Source: Tubiluchus corallicola (Eukaryota > Animalia > Priapulida). Taken from it: a stretch of 64,000 bases of DNA. The notes under the pieces were generated by a model. The model was not told the DNA's origin. It was given only the letters and a program-made list of their open reading frames with translations, and did not search any database. Shown piece after piece: positions 48,101 through 59,600 of the stretch. The number at the start of each line of letters is the position of its first letter. Positions within the stretch are counted from its first letter, which is position 1. A program made the position numbers and the translations under genes. The DNA lies in NCBI GenBank assembly GCA_030141605.1, contig JAQGDQ010000076.1:620001-684000 (forward strand). Direction: 5' to 3'.

Positions 48101-51100
48101 TCTGCATACAGATAAAGCAGTGCCACTCACATTATTTATAAAAAGTTGTGGTTGTTTCTCATTTTGAAATGTTGTGAAACAAGGAGATTTGTCAACCTGT
48201 AAATGTTAACGTTCTTAAATGTACATGTTTTATATTCAGATATTCTCTTAGCATTTTTACACTGTCTTTTATTACGGTAATTTACGTTTGTATGCGAAAA
48301 TGTTACGTGAGCTAATAGTTAACTGATTAAGATTATTTTGTATGATTGTGTCTTGTTCCCTTTTACCATTGGATATAAGTTTCATTCTTAGTACAGTTAA
48401 TTTTTTTTATGTTCATTTGTTTTCCATGTTAGTTGCTCTGATTATGTACGATTATTTGCAAATACGAAATTACAGTTTTACTGTGTTCGTACACAAAAAG
48501 CATCGTGTTATAGAATTCATGCCCAGAAGAAAAACTGAAACTCAAATGTCTGAACATTTGTCCAATCTAAAGTGCATAACTGTTCTACAGTGGCTTTCTT
48601 GGGCCTGTAATTTAAAATCGTTAGCAAAATGTGCTTTATAGTTGATTGTCTACAATTTTTAATGCCCGAATTTGTTTTGCATCGGTTATGAAATAAAGGA
48701 AGGTGGGATGAGAAAGAGCCTGTTTTTGTCCAGAGATAAACATTAAAAAACTGAAATTTTGACATATGTGAAGTGATGAAATCAGTCTTGTTTCCTTGAC
48801 AACTGAACGAACGTGGCAGTGAGATGCATTTTGTGCAATCTGTGTCACAGATGCAAGCATTTAATTTACAGTTTATTATTAATTTTGATTTGTAGTTTTA
48901 AACTTTAGTTTTTCATTACCACTAAGTCAGTGCTGACATCTGTTTGTACACTTTGAAGTTTTCAATATATCTATGTACTTGCTACTGCTATATGTTTGTT
49001 TGTAATTGGGTTACTTGGCTTCTCCGTGAATGTTGTAGTTTTCACACTTGGTATCTAGATTAGAAAGAAAGCAATAGGTTTAAACAGTTGTGTGGTTATA
49101 ACAACGTTTTGACTCAGGTGCCATGATATATTGGCCGATGGATTGACTTTAACTTTTCTTTACTACTGTTGATTATTTTCACCATTTTTGTATACATGTG
49201 GATTGACTATGAGACTGTGACTTTGAGTAAAATACAGATCGCAAAGTTAAACCATGTTTTCATCCATTGATTTCATCTGTTTAACACGAACATCGCAATT
49301 TCAAAAACAGTCTGATAAACCTGCCAATGTCGGTTGTTGGCTCTTCCCAAAACACCCCAGCGACAGCCGTCATGACAATCTGTAACAAACCAGCTATGGT
49401 CTTGGGCAAAACTTTGCTTGATATTATATACTTTTTATGTACATATTTATTTATTTACAAGATAGTAATTATGCCAAAAATAATACATAAACAACAAATT
49501 AGCTTGTTTTTCCTTCGTTATCTGATTTAATCCATTTGCAGCTTTGTCTACAATACCATCAGTTTGCTACGTCTTGTGCAGAGTCAAGACAGCTAATTGC
49601 CCCATTGCCATAAAAAACTTTAACAAAGAGAGCATTTACATTATACAACATGCTGTGAGAATTTGTCAAAGTTACCGACATAGTTTTCAGTAGGATCCAG
49701 TATTGCAGAAGTGACTATGGTGACTGTAAATAACATTGCCTGACTTTTACTGTTGTGGTTCTTACAGGAGGCTGAGAAACTGCTGCAGGAACACCAGGCT
49801 TACAAAGTTGAGATTGAGGGTTATGAGGATGAATATTCAAAGCTGAAGGAAACAGGCGAACAAATTACGGCCAATCAGACGGATCCACAATACATATTCT
49901 TGAGACAAGTAATTATCCAGTTCTAGCAATTGTGCGGCAGATTGCAAGTGTTGGGTAGCATTTTTGCAGTACCAAGTTACAGATTTATTAAAAAACTATT
50001 ACTTGGCTTTACGTGAATAACAGTCACAGTTGTTAATGTGGCATTTTACGAGCTTGCTTTGCCTGCTGCCAGTATGGACTGGATGTGAAACAGTACTATA
50101 TGTTGGTGTTAATTAAACATTGATGAGATCAATTTCTAATCAAGAGTTACAAATGTCTTAACAAACAAAAGACCAAAATGGCAGATTCCTGTTTGTAATA
50201 AGTTTGTAAAACAGATATTTATTTTTGTGTTACGTTTTTTCATTAAAACTAAATATAAAATTTTAGCGGATTGAAGCTCTTAATGATGGTTGGAATGACC
50301 TGCACCAGATGTGGGAGAAGCAGCAGCGATTCCTCTCTGATGCACTTAACATGCAGGTGTTTATGAGAGATGCCAAGCAGGCAGAGCTCCTCCTGAACAA
50401 GCAAGACAATCACCTAGTGAAAGATGACATTCCAGTGAGTATTTAGAGGGACAGAGTTATCCAAATTCATTTGTGGAGAATTGGGTGTTCAACAAACGTG
50501 AAAGGGAAACAATAGAAAAGAAATGTAATGGGATGGAGACTACTTATTGTCTTAATTTGTTAAATGATGTCTTTCTTTCTTAATTTCTAAAAGAAAGTGA
50601 ATGGCTTGCAGCAGTCAAAAAGTATATAATTCACTAGAAATATCTCAGACTGCTTGCTTTGAAACTTTTTCATTAAAAATCATGTTTCATGTTGATAGTA
50701 AACTGTGGATGTGGATTTTAGTGCTGTAATTTGCACAATTCTGATTTTATCTGCATTGTTTTTTCTGAATTGCTGAGATATTAATTCGTTGGCACTCAAA
50801 AATTTGCATTGTAAGTTTTACAAACTGAATTTTGCAAACTGATGTGTCTTCCCCAAATGTTTTACATCCTCTAGTTTACTTTTACTAATGTACTAGTAAG
50901 TGTTTAGTGTTGTCATACAAAAACTTGTTGATTAGCAAACGCTGGAACAAGCTGAAGCAGCTGTGAAGAAACATGAAGGTTTCATGACCACCATGGAGGC
51001 CAACGACGAGAAAATCAACTCCGTGATTGGTTTCGGACAACGCCTGTGCGAGGAGGACCACTATGATGCTGACAAGATTTATAAGAAGGCGGCAAATATA

Positions 51101-54100
51101 GAAGAAAGGTATGTGTTCTCCGTATCGCATGTTAAAAGATGTATAAAAAGCTTGAAAAACTTTATTCTCTGAATGAGAGCGACAAAACTGTTTAGTTTTT
51201 GTAAAAATTTCACTTGATATGAACATATTTTTGTTGTAATTAGTTCACTATAGCACAATTGATTTGGAAGAATCTGAATTTTCTAATTGTTAGCAAGTGC
51301 TTTGTTAATCACAGTGTCAGATGAAGGTCAACAAAATTCAAAGTTGCACGATAAATCATTGTAAGACTTATCAATTCAGTTGTTTCAAACTTCATGACCA
51401 AACTGTGGTTTCTCCCTCACACCTACTTTTTTCTCCTAACAAAAATAATTAAATGTGTGAAAAGTAGAAAACATATTATGGCCTCACTGTGTTAACGTGT
51501 CTGTCAGGAAACAAGTGATAATTGTGCATGCAAGTTCCTACAGAAGAGTGCCTGTCATTGCTAAGCTGCCGAGTTTTTTATGTCCCTTTAATATTTCATT
51601 GGATCATGAGAACATTAAATATTACAAACTCACGATTATTTTTTAATTTTGATTTCAAGCTTGAAATAAAAAATGTGAAAGAATTTTAATACAGAATGGA
51701 TTTGAACTAGGGGACCTCTGCTTACATCATATATGTCTGAGGCCACTAGCGTGCTGCATTCCTCAGTGGTCAAGGCAGTCCAAATTCATCCCTTATAGCT
51801 GGCCGATCAATTTTCACATTTCCTGCCTGTCAAGTTTAGTATCAAAATTCAATTAATTCTGGGTTACTAACATCATTCATATAACGTGTTTTTGTTGTTT
51901 GTGTCATTATTAAGTCTTATCCATGTTGAACATAGCTTAGAAGTTAATTTCTTTTGCTGTGCTCATGCTGCAATGTATTGTTAATGTGTAATTGTATAAC
52001 TTGTATTTTGTCGTATTGTGCTAAATGGATGAGTAAATAAATCTAAATCTAATAATCATGACATTAAGTATATAATAATTAATTATTTGGCTTTATTGAC
52101 TATTTGATTTTAACAGGCGAAATGCCAACCGTGAGAGAGCAGAGGAGATGCTACAGCGGTTGAGAGATGCACTTGATCTTCAGCATTTCATTCGTGAGTG
52201 TGAAGAATTCGGATTTTGGTGTGGAGACAAATTCATTGCTGCCCAGGATGAGACATACCGGTCGGCAAAGACCGTCCACAGTAAGTGGACACGACATCAA
52301 GCATTCCAGGCTGAACTAGATGCCAATAAAGACAGATTAGACAAAATTTTGGAGGTACATTGTTAGATGTTCAAACTTAGTAACCTAGATTTACTGTCAT
52401 AATCATTTAATTAAATATGATTTCAATTGCATACCAATTTGAAGTTTAAAAGTTCAAAATAATAATGTCATTATTATACGTACTGTGGCAAGGTGATTTT
52501 GTTTTGTTTACACAAGAATCAAATGCACTTTTAAAATAGCCTTTTTCACAAAGTTTCTGTTTTGCAGAATAACTTCCACAAAAGTAAAAGTTGAGCCAGT
52601 AGTTTTTCGTGTGTTGATTTCAATTGATTTTTTGGAGAAATATAATTTCCTTTAATTGCAATCACCGTTACTTTAAGAGGAGCATCAGAAACTGTCTCCT
52701 ATCAGTAGCAAATCACCATCAGCTTTATCTTCACTTCATTGTCACTTTTAACTGTAAAAAATACCCCACCTACCCTTCCAGACTGCCTCTTAGTGTAAAG
52801 TGTTCAGTACAAGAAAGACTCGCTGTACTTATTTATGATAAAATATCTGTTTTGATAATGATGTTAATAATAAATTCATTTTCATATTCTTTTCACCATA
52901 GTGCAAGGCAGTTTAGGTTTACATGCACAATGTGCAATTTAACATCACTGCATTACATTATAAATTTATAATTATATCTACATGTCATTAGCACTGTGCA
53001 TTTTGTTAGGAGATTATAAACTTCAACTGTTTTAATATTACCAGGAAGGAGAAAAACTAAAACGGGAGAAACAAAATCTGGCACTGGAGATACAAGAACG
53101 CATGGATCAGTTGAAAGAAGAATATGATCAACTGCAGGAAACAACACAGGAGAAAGGGCAGAAGCTGTTTGATGCTAACCGCCATGTTTTGTATGAGCAG
53201 TCGGTGCAGAATGTGGAGGAGTGGATGACCGAACTGGAATCTCAGATTGTACAGGATACGGGGACAGATCTGACGAGTGTCACACTGTTGATGCAAACTC
53301 AACAAGTGAGTGGTGAATAATGGAATTTTTGTTAAACCTTCATTTCTGTGAATGTGTTTATCAGCTGTTGAATCTGGGCCCATCACCCACCACATGTCTG
53401 TATATGCCTTCATTTTTTTCTGACCTTCTTCTTAGGTGTGCAAACTTTTTTAAAAAATTTAATAATTGTAAATACCGAATATTATTTCTGCTACAAATTC
53501 TTACATACAACTCCAACCAGTCAGAAAATGGGGGAATCATTATAAGACATCGTACACAGCATTGGAGTGTGTTAGGAGCCATGTGATGACGCATTTGTCT
53601 GGCCTGACGCATAACGTTGTAATATATTTAGTAACAAAATTGTTTTCATGCAACAATAAAACTATTACATTGTGCCACAATTTTAAGTTTAAATCAGTCA
53701 TCCATAGTACATACTATGGAATGTTGCATCTACACTTTGGTTTTGACTGGTCTTATGGGAGAATTAATCACAAGCATCTGAATTGTTCTGCTGTCTGTAC
53801 AAGAATTGATTTTAGGTAGATGTGTTCTTTCGCAGCTTTGGCATTTACACTTCTTAATTCCTCTCTATTTCTAATTTTTCTTGTAAACAATTCACTGTTA
53901 ATACTAGTAGTAAATTGTGCTCAAAGAGTCTCGTGGACTGTACTATCTATCTTTTTTCCAGGTTTTAGAGACGGAAATGAATGCTAAACAAGCTCAGGTG
54001 ATTGAACTTGAATCTCAACGAGATCACCTGGCCAGGCTGGAACCAGAAAATGTCGAAAAGCTTGAGCTCATTGAGGCACAGAAAGTGCAAGTTGAAGAAA

Positions 54101-56377
54101 GGTGTGTCTTGCACTGCCATAATTTGATTTTTTGAACTATTGTAAACAACACTTCATGGAAAAATTTACTCTTCACAATATCTGCTTGCAATTTCTATAT
54201 TTTTATTGTTTTATCATGTTACTTCTAGGAGTATTAGGGTTAATACATAACTTAAAGTCTGTGAACTAATGCTATTTGAATCTCCTGTATTTCAGGTTCC
54301 AGAAACTCAAAGCTCCGCTGGACGAACGAAGAACTCTACTGGAACGGAAACGGGAAGTGTTCCAATTCCTACGAGACATCGAAGACGAGTTGCAGTGGGT
54401 GGAGGAAAAAATTCCACTTGCCAAAAGTAAAAATTATGGGAACAGCTTGTACCAGTGTCAGGCGCTGAAACGCAAACATCAGGTGATTATGGTCTGCACT
54501 TTGCATTTGCATTAATTCTTGTTGCAAAAGTTAGTGTTTAGTTTATATACACCTCCTGAGTGTAAATGTTTGAACCATAAAAGAAAGCGTAGAATATCAC
54601 AATCTGGTGGAGATCCGATCTAGTGAATACCCGCTACTTTATTACTAGCAGTTATCCAAACTTTAATTCCTGTTTTCACTATTTTACTACTAACATTTAT
54701 CTAAACTTTAATTCCTAATCTTTCGCATTCTTTAATTCCATGTTGACAGAATCTGCGCAATGAGGTAACAAACCACGAGCCCAGAGTCGTTAGCATTTGT
54801 GACACAGGTCGTCAGCTAATAGCAAGCGGACATGAGCGGGCGGAAGAATTTGCAGAAAAATTGGAGGTATGTGTCACATTTTTGATATTGGTGATATACT
54901 ACTTCGAAATTGAGGAAGATAGAGAAAGTTATGTGAAAAATTTTAGTGTCTTGTAATTATGTCAACTGATAATAGCACGGTAAATAGTAAGTAACTCATA
55001 CGAGACAGACAGCCCAAGTATAGACCGGTACAGAGATATGTTGGTGTCCCAGTTCAGTAAAATAACAAGGGATAAATAGGTGGAAGCAGTGCTGGTGGGT
55101 CATGTGCTGAATCATAACAATGGGTCAAGAGACAAAGACAGATTCACAATTTCGGATTTGATGATTACTATGAAAAATGAAATCATAGCATGCATGGAGA
55201 CAAGACTGAATGTTATACTAGATTTGCAATCAGATAATGCCGACATTGGATAAGACCATCATGACTATTGATAAACAGCATGAGATTCTGGATGAGCAAC
55301 AGCATTTTCTGAATCGAGTGGATTTGAAAAAAATAAAAATCTCATCCTGCAAGGAAGTAAGTGAGGGTGAGCCATTAGCAGGATATACAACTGACAATAA
55401 TAAAATGAAATTTATTCTTCTGGCATGTGGTTATGATGGCTGCTCTGAGGATGGTAGCATCGCTGGAAAATTTTAACTAAGGGCAGAAGACTAAAACACA
55501 ACATTTCTGCTAAAGAGATTTTCTCGAAGAAGGATGTATAATTGTATATCCATTGGTTACAAAGGAACACGTGAGATTATATAGAGTCCGTACAATATTA
55601 CACCCAAAAAATAAACCCGAGAAGTACGACGGAAAGTGAAAAGAAAAGACAGAAAAGTGTACATCTGAGCAATGATGAATTTAAACCCCTTTTTTCCGTT
55701 ACAATTTCACTGCAATATTATTGTGTAGTGCCAATGTAAAATGATGTGTATAGAATGGGTCCTTATTGTTATTGTTATTTGCTTAGTTTTGATGTGTTTA
55801 TATGTTTGACTCAAGTGGTGTATTACTTGTATGTGTACAATGTTGAACTAATGAAAATAAACAACTGACACGACTATGTAAGCATTCATTTCTTGTGTGA
55901 TTATTTTTCCCTTGTGTCTTTGCACATTATTCTTTAATCAAAACATTGCAAACTTAGAACTACTATTTTTGCATAGTAAACAGCACAAAAGAGAATTTCT
56001 ATCCTTTAATTTCTTTAAAATGGGGATTTTTTGTTAATTGTTCCAATTTTTGCCATTAGGAATTATTTCAATGTTTAATTTTGGCAGTTCACGGTACAAG
56101 TTAAATATGCCTCAGTGAAATAAAGCAGTTGTATGACAGTATGGTCTATTGAGTAAAACAGTTCAAAATATCGAATAGCTGAAAATTAATGTCATTTGGT
56201 GTAAAATCTAGTTATCAACACTGTAATTGCTGAGGTCTGACATATACAAATACCAATATAATCATTGTAACAGTTTTCACAAATTTTGCTTAGATGTTGG
56301 AAAACCGTTGGCACGATCTCCGTGATGCTCTCGACGAAAGAGAATTTGCTTTGAACGAAAATGAGCATGCACAACGG
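23997..56377 (+). CDS. SPTBN1: Beta-spectrin (conventional, SPTBN1/beta-Spec-like), first 29 coding exons, 1592 codons; gene continues beyond the window
   Basis: [30 protein letters not shown], tandem CH domains ([62 protein letters not shown]) and about 12 spectrin repeats. All 28 introns GT-AG with phases adding up (4776 nt). Confidence 0.97.
24231..24851. mobile_element. Kolobok-type MITE, copy 1
   Basis: TTAA|AGCACAAGAAAA ... TTTTCTTGTCCT|TTAA: short TIRs with TTAA duplication; colinear with the copy at 38713-39393. Confidence 0.85.
25978..26026 (+). mobile_element. 5S rRNA-derived SINE fragment
   Basis: AAGTTGAGCAATGCTGAGTCTAGTCAACAAATGGATGGGTGATCC matches the 5S box A to box C region. 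Confidence 0.55.
26758..26815 (+). mobile_element. 5S rRNA-derived SINE fragment (degenerate)
   Basis: GAGTTAAGTAATGCCGAGCAACGTCAATAACTGGATAATTCACTGTTGGGAAACTC. Confidence 0.4.
27690..27896 (-). mobile_element. Degenerate tRNA-derived SINE
   Basis: Minus strand A-box TGGTTTAGTGG, spacer, B-box-like GGTTTCATGC, then TTCGGCTAAGAC; boundaries approximate. Confidence 0.45.
30005..32035. repeat. Diverged ~300-bp repeat copies (about 30005-30235, 31670-31965, 31968-32035)
   Basis: Shared blocks GTAAAGATT..TATAAAGCTTT.TAGCAAATC, GAAATTACA.TTAA and GCAAAGCTTTATTAG. Confidence 0.6.
31040..31400 (-). mobile_element. Fragment of an RLE-clade non-LTR retrotransposon (R2/HERO-like), zinc-knuckle region
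   Basis: [49 protein letters not shown], the CCHC-plus-RH(N/D) motif that precedes the RLE endonuclease. Confidence 0.7.
32541..32692 (+). CDS. SPTBN1: beta-spectrin coding exon 2 (CH1)
   Basis: [51 protein letters not shown]. Confidence 0.96.
33179..33352 (+). CDS. SPTBN1: beta-spectrin coding exon 3
   Basis: [20 protein letters not shown]...WTIILRFQ. Confidence 0.96.
33753..33925 (+). CDS. SPTBN1: beta-spectrin coding exon 4 (CH2)
   Basis: [32 protein letters not shown]...LIHKH. Confidence 0.96.
34581..34696 (+). CDS. SPTBN1: beta-spectrin coding exon 5
   Basis: [22 protein letters not shown]...LLDAE. Confidence 0.96.
36238..36350 (+). CDS. SPTBN1: beta-spectrin coding exon 6
   Basis: [38 protein letters not shown]. 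Confidence 0.96.
36890..37077 (+). CDS. SPTBN1: beta-spectrin coding exon 7
   Basis: [26 protein letters not shown]...YRTVEKPPK. Confidence 0.96.
37898..38174 (+). CDS. SPTBN1: beta-spectrin coding exon 8
   Basis: [25 protein letters not shown]...[11 protein letters not shown]. Confidence 0.96.
38521..38684 (+). CDS. SPTBN1: beta-spectrin coding exon 9
   Basis: [34 protein letters not shown]... Confidence 0.96.
38713..39393. mobile_element. Kolobok-type MITE, copy 2
   Basis: TTAA|AGCACAAGAAAA ... TTTTCTTGTCAT|TTAA; same orientation as and colinear with 24231-24851. Confidence 0.85.
39515..39653 (+). CDS. SPTBN1: beta-spectrin coding exon 10
   Basis: [23 protein letters not shown]...IVDWMDELK. 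Confidence 0.96.
40815..40947. mobile_element. Single end of a hAT-type MITE
   Basis: Clustered TATCG subterminal repeats ending in ACATCCCTA (reverse complement of TAGGGATGT); partner end not found. Confidence 0.45.
41047..41212 (+). CDS. SPTBN1: beta-spectrin coding exon 11
   Basis: [29 protein letters not shown]... Confidence 0.95.
41401..41645 (+). CDS. SPTBN1: beta-spectrin coding exon 12
   Basis: [12 protein letters not shown]...[22 protein letters not shown]...LLLNQHK. Confidence 0.95.
42096..42296 (+). CDS. SPTBN1: beta-spectrin coding exon 13
   Basis: [13 protein letters not shown]...[13 protein letters not shown]. Confidence 0.95.
43336..43452 (+). CDS. SPTBN1: beta-spectrin coding exon 14
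   Basis: [39 protein letters not shown]. Confidence 0.95.
43802..44044 (+). CDS. SPTBN1: beta-spectrin coding exon 15
   Basis: EITDELKSY...[12 protein letters not shown]. Confidence 0.95.
44459..44667 (+). CDS. SPTBN1: beta-spectrin coding exon 16
   Basis: [28 protein letters not shown]...RQNLLNQ. Confidence 0.95.
44721..44790 (+). mobile_element. 5S rRNA-derived SINE fragment (degenerate)
   Basis: CACTGACTCTGGTCAGTAAATGGATGAATCAAC followed by CTGGGCAAGG. Confidence 0.4.
45038..45134 (+). CDS. SPTBN1: beta-spectrin coding exon 17
   Basis: [32 protein letters not shown]. Confidence 0.95.
45263..45391 (+). CDS. SPTBN1: beta-spectrin coding exon 18
   Basis: [43 protein letters not shown]. 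Confidence 0.95.
45790..46020 (-). mobile_element. Possible decayed LINE ORF1 fragment (SGNH/esterase-like)
   Basis: Minus-strand reading ...[29 protein letters not shown]...AYDGC loosely resembles the WC..F.D...DGLH block of esterase-type ORF1. Confidence 0.25.
47483..47599 (+). CDS. SPTBN1: beta-spectrin coding exon 19
   Basis: [39 protein letters not shown]. Confidence 0.95.
47839..47973 (+). CDS. SPTBN1: beta-spectrin coding exon 20
   Basis: [31 protein letters not shown]... Confidence 0.95.
49768..49908 (+). CDS. SPTBN1: beta-spectrin coding exon 21
   Basis: [23 protein letters not shown]...[10 protein letters not shown]. Confidence 0.95.
50267..50434 (+). CDS. SPTBN1: beta-spectrin coding exon 22
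   Basis: [20 protein letters not shown]...FMRDAKQAE. Confidence 0.95.
50936..51108 (+). CDS. SPTBN1: beta-spectrin coding exon 23
   Basis: [28 protein letters not shown]... Confidence 0.95.
52117..52354 (+). CDS. SPTBN1: beta-spectrin coding exon 24
   Basis: [15 protein letters not shown]...[24 protein letters not shown]. Confidence 0.95.
53045..53305 (+). CDS. SPTBN1: beta-spectrin coding exon 25
   Basis: EGEKLKREK...[17 protein letters not shown]...[13 protein letters not shown]. Confidence 0.95.
53962..54101 (+). CDS. SPTBN1: beta-spectrin coding exon 26
   Basis: [19 protein letters not shown]...QVEER. Confidence 0.95.
54296..54482 (+). CDS. SPTBN1: beta-spectrin coding exon 27
   Basis: [12 protein letters not shown]...[21 protein letters not shown]. 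Confidence 0.95.
54750..54866 (+). CDS. SPTBN1: beta-spectrin coding exon 28
   Basis: [39 protein letters not shown]. Confidence 0.95.
55000..55865 (+). mobile_element. Probable decayed LINE ORF1-like fragment
   Basis: Purine-rich, frameshifted coiled-coil-like coding stretch ([21 protein letters not shown]; [16 protein letters not shown]) followed by a TG-rich UTR-like tail with AATAAA near 55856. Family not identified. Confidence 0.35.
56294..56377 (+). CDS. SPTBN1: beta-spectrin coding exon 29 (last one found in the window)
   Basis: [28 protein letters not shown]; cttag / gtgagt. Confidence 0.93.
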
Positions 56378-56624
56378 GTGAGTAAGAACACACCACTAGT
56401 GTGACTTGCATTTGTTCATTTTGTGTGTCTATCTTTACTAGACTTACTCAGAAAATTGTCAACCAGCACTTTAAAGCAGGAAATTGTGAAAAAATGGTAC
56501 CACTGAAATCTCTTAAATTTTCATTGATAATCTTCCAAGGATGGGCGGAACTGACAAATGTCCATCTTCGTAAATGCTAGGTAAAATTATGGTGAAACAA
56601 ACAGAAACAGTTTTCTTGGCAGTT

Positions 56625-56695
56625 GGCATTCACCCAACCATCTACTAATCAAATTCGGCTGTGTTTGAGTTGGAGTCAAGCACACGCTGTGACCA
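56625..56695 (-). mobile_element. 5S rRNA-derived SINE fragment
   Basis: Minus strand TGGTCACAGCGTGTGCTT...CCGAATTTGATTAGTAGATGGTTGGGTGAATGCC; shares its head with the 12808 copy. Confidence 0.45.
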
Positions 56696-59600
56696 TTCGA
56701 CTATTCCTTTTGCCAACTTTGTCAACGGCTAGTAGAAATCGTAGTCTTTCTTGGTTGCATTTCTCTTACTGAACCATACATTGAAGAGAAAGTGATTTTT
56801 ACTACAGAATTCTGGCAACTAGGCTTCACTATGCTGTTCATTATGCGACTCTGGAAGTTTATAAGGAAAGAGTTACAAGCTTGACCATCACATCGTACAT
56901 AGAATATTCCCGCACAGAAGACTAAATAGTAAACCCACTAAAAATTTTGATAAGTGGGTAAACATGTTTGTACTGTAATAGTCTGCTGTGTTCTCAAATT
57001 TATTTTTAGGTGGTCTTTATAGCATTCCTGAGCAGACACGTGATTGCACTGCCCTATCAGTTTTTTTGTAGTAAAATTTGTCTTTAATAGCTGACCCTGC
57101 TAACGATTGACTTTATGAACAACATATGGCTGTTGGTGTCTTCCAAGAGAAGAGAATCTGCACAGTATTGCAGACAGTTTTACAAAAGTGCTAAGTTTCT
57201 CTTGGGTGTATACAAGAAGCTAGTTGCTAGCAAATTTAGGGAAAGAATGATTGCATGTTGTTGCATACTATTAGAATTGATGGAGAAATGGATGTGTTAG
57301 AAGTATGTGAAATTTATTACAGTGCCGATGATTCATTATCAGATGGTGAGGAGGTAAAGGCTTTTATTGTGTTAGAAATTTGAAGTCATTTGAATCTGTG
57401 ATTGTTGAAAGTTTTAGGTAACTGGTTACGTTGAGCTTATATTATTTTTACGTTCTCAAAGTGCTATTTATGTTTCTGCAGAAGTTTGCCTTACTCTCTG
57501 ATAATTCTCTTATTCCAGAATAGGATTTCTAATACTGCTCGCATTGTTGTTCTTGTTCTTGTTATAGCTCACTTGAGCTCGTTATTTCATTCGTATTCAA
57601 AATTATCAAAATCTCTTCATTCTGAAAACGAGGAATTTATAATGATTTAATTTGGTAGATAGTACAGCAGAAATTTACTTTCGTGCCATCCAACTTTCGC
57701 ATATTGTTTTGAATTCATTATCTTGTATTGTATTAACATACAACTTTAACGTTTGCTTGTAATATTATTTTGCTTATATTTGAGTAACTGGTTGGGTAAC
57801 AGACAAGAAATCTGCATCTGGTCGGTTGCGTCTGCAATATACTTCACCCAGCTGTTTACCTTTGGAAAGGGTACATACACGTTTGAACTTTACAAAAATC
57901 TCTGTCAGTTTACTGTTTCAGCCTACAGGATTATCATTAATAAGAGTTGGGTACTGGCCCAGCCATATGCAATAGTATATAGCCCCCTTACATTGATGTT
58001 TAACAAAAAATAAATAAATGTCTTAGAACATTCCTGTGTGTACATGTTCATTTTATGCACATTAATTAATTGTCAAAGATTTTATGTACACAGTTTAGGT
58101 AAATGCTCGATATCGAGCTGCAACAAAACACCGTCTCTTCGTAGCAATAACTTGAGCAAAATACAATACTAGAAGAAGCTTTCACATTAGTTAATTTTCA
58201 AAGGTTTTATTTACTGCAGTGTTTGTTAACTGCTAGTCCTTCTTATCTTTGAAACAATAACCTGGACAAAATACATCCATGTAGAAGAGGTCAGAAAGAC
58301 TTGTTCGTGCAAAAAAACAATTATTTTTTATCCTCAACCCTGTGATGCACCTGACTTCCATTTCTTTAGCAATCCATGGTGCCAAGTTCGGATGTCACCA
58401 CTGCATGCAAAAGTGTTTCCCATCTACTTTTGAGCGCGTTTAAGTGCAGTAATCGTTCTGAGTCACCAATGACCAGATGAAACATGTTGTTTCAATTAAG
58501 TCATCTTCTTAAACTGCTAACTAGTTTATTCTGAGACGAGCTCAAAATAATACACGTAGTCTTGCGTTACCCAACAGCTTTCGTCTACGTTGCTGTGGAA
58601 GAACATGAGTAGACGTGTTTGTTCGGTATTTTCAGCAGTGGGATATCAGCAAAAGAAACACTTGACCTGTCCGAAATGTCTCGGGCGGATAGAAATATCC
58701 GGACGGGTTGTTTGTCTTATCTCGGATATCTCAGTAGCCTCGTGTTGATATGTTGTTCCAAGCCAGAAGAGCAACATTTTGTTAAACTCAGTTCTCAGGA
58801 GGGAGATGCCTTGTTTTTATTTGGTGGCTGCTGCTGACACATTTCCTTTACTTCTCTTCTTTGGTTATTATGTAATTTAAAAAGCACTTTGTTAACCTGC
58901 TGAAGTTTTCTTCTGACACTGTTTACTTAGGCACAGTTTATAACACAAGAAAATATATCTTGCTGCAGTTTCTCTATTTTTTCCAGGAAAAAGAGGTGTA
59001 AAAGACCAGGAAAGTCTGAAATTTTAACCTTGATTTAGTGACGCCTGTTACTAAAATAATTCTCTTATTTAATAATTAGTTAATTCGTTAATCAAGGTTT
59101 ACAACAAAAGCATACTGACTCTCCTTGTCCTTAATAAGAGCCAAACTAAGTCTTCCTGCTTGATTCTTCAATTGTGATCGCCAGACTAGTTATTTTTTGC
59201 GGAGGCAAGGTCAGTTTCTCTTCAGTTGCTGCCGATTTTGTTGTCTCAGCATTTCCATTTTTGCTTGTTTCATTCCCATTGTTCTCCTCTGGGTGATAAT
59301 GGATGTAACCACAACTTCTTTTTTTGTTGTTCAGCTTTTCCAAAGTTCACATTTTTTGTTGGTTTCCCTTGTGGATTTCCCACGTCAGATTTTTCTCACG
59401 TCCTCTGGATATTTTTGTTGTTTATATGTAGCCAGATGTTTTTCCGTTCTGTTTAAAGTCTCGGCAAGTTTTTCAAGATCTAAATCGAGAGTCGTGTTTT
59501 TATTGGTCGTCGGATCGATGCCCTGCAGGGGAACTTTGTTTATTCGAGAATATTGTGCAGTGGTGCGAAAAATTGTTGTTCTCACTTATTCTAGTAAAAA

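Noticed and set aside
58859-58880. TCTTTGGTTAT match to the miR-9 5' end
   Set aside because: Only 11 nt match, the rest diverges and no precursor hairpin is apparent.
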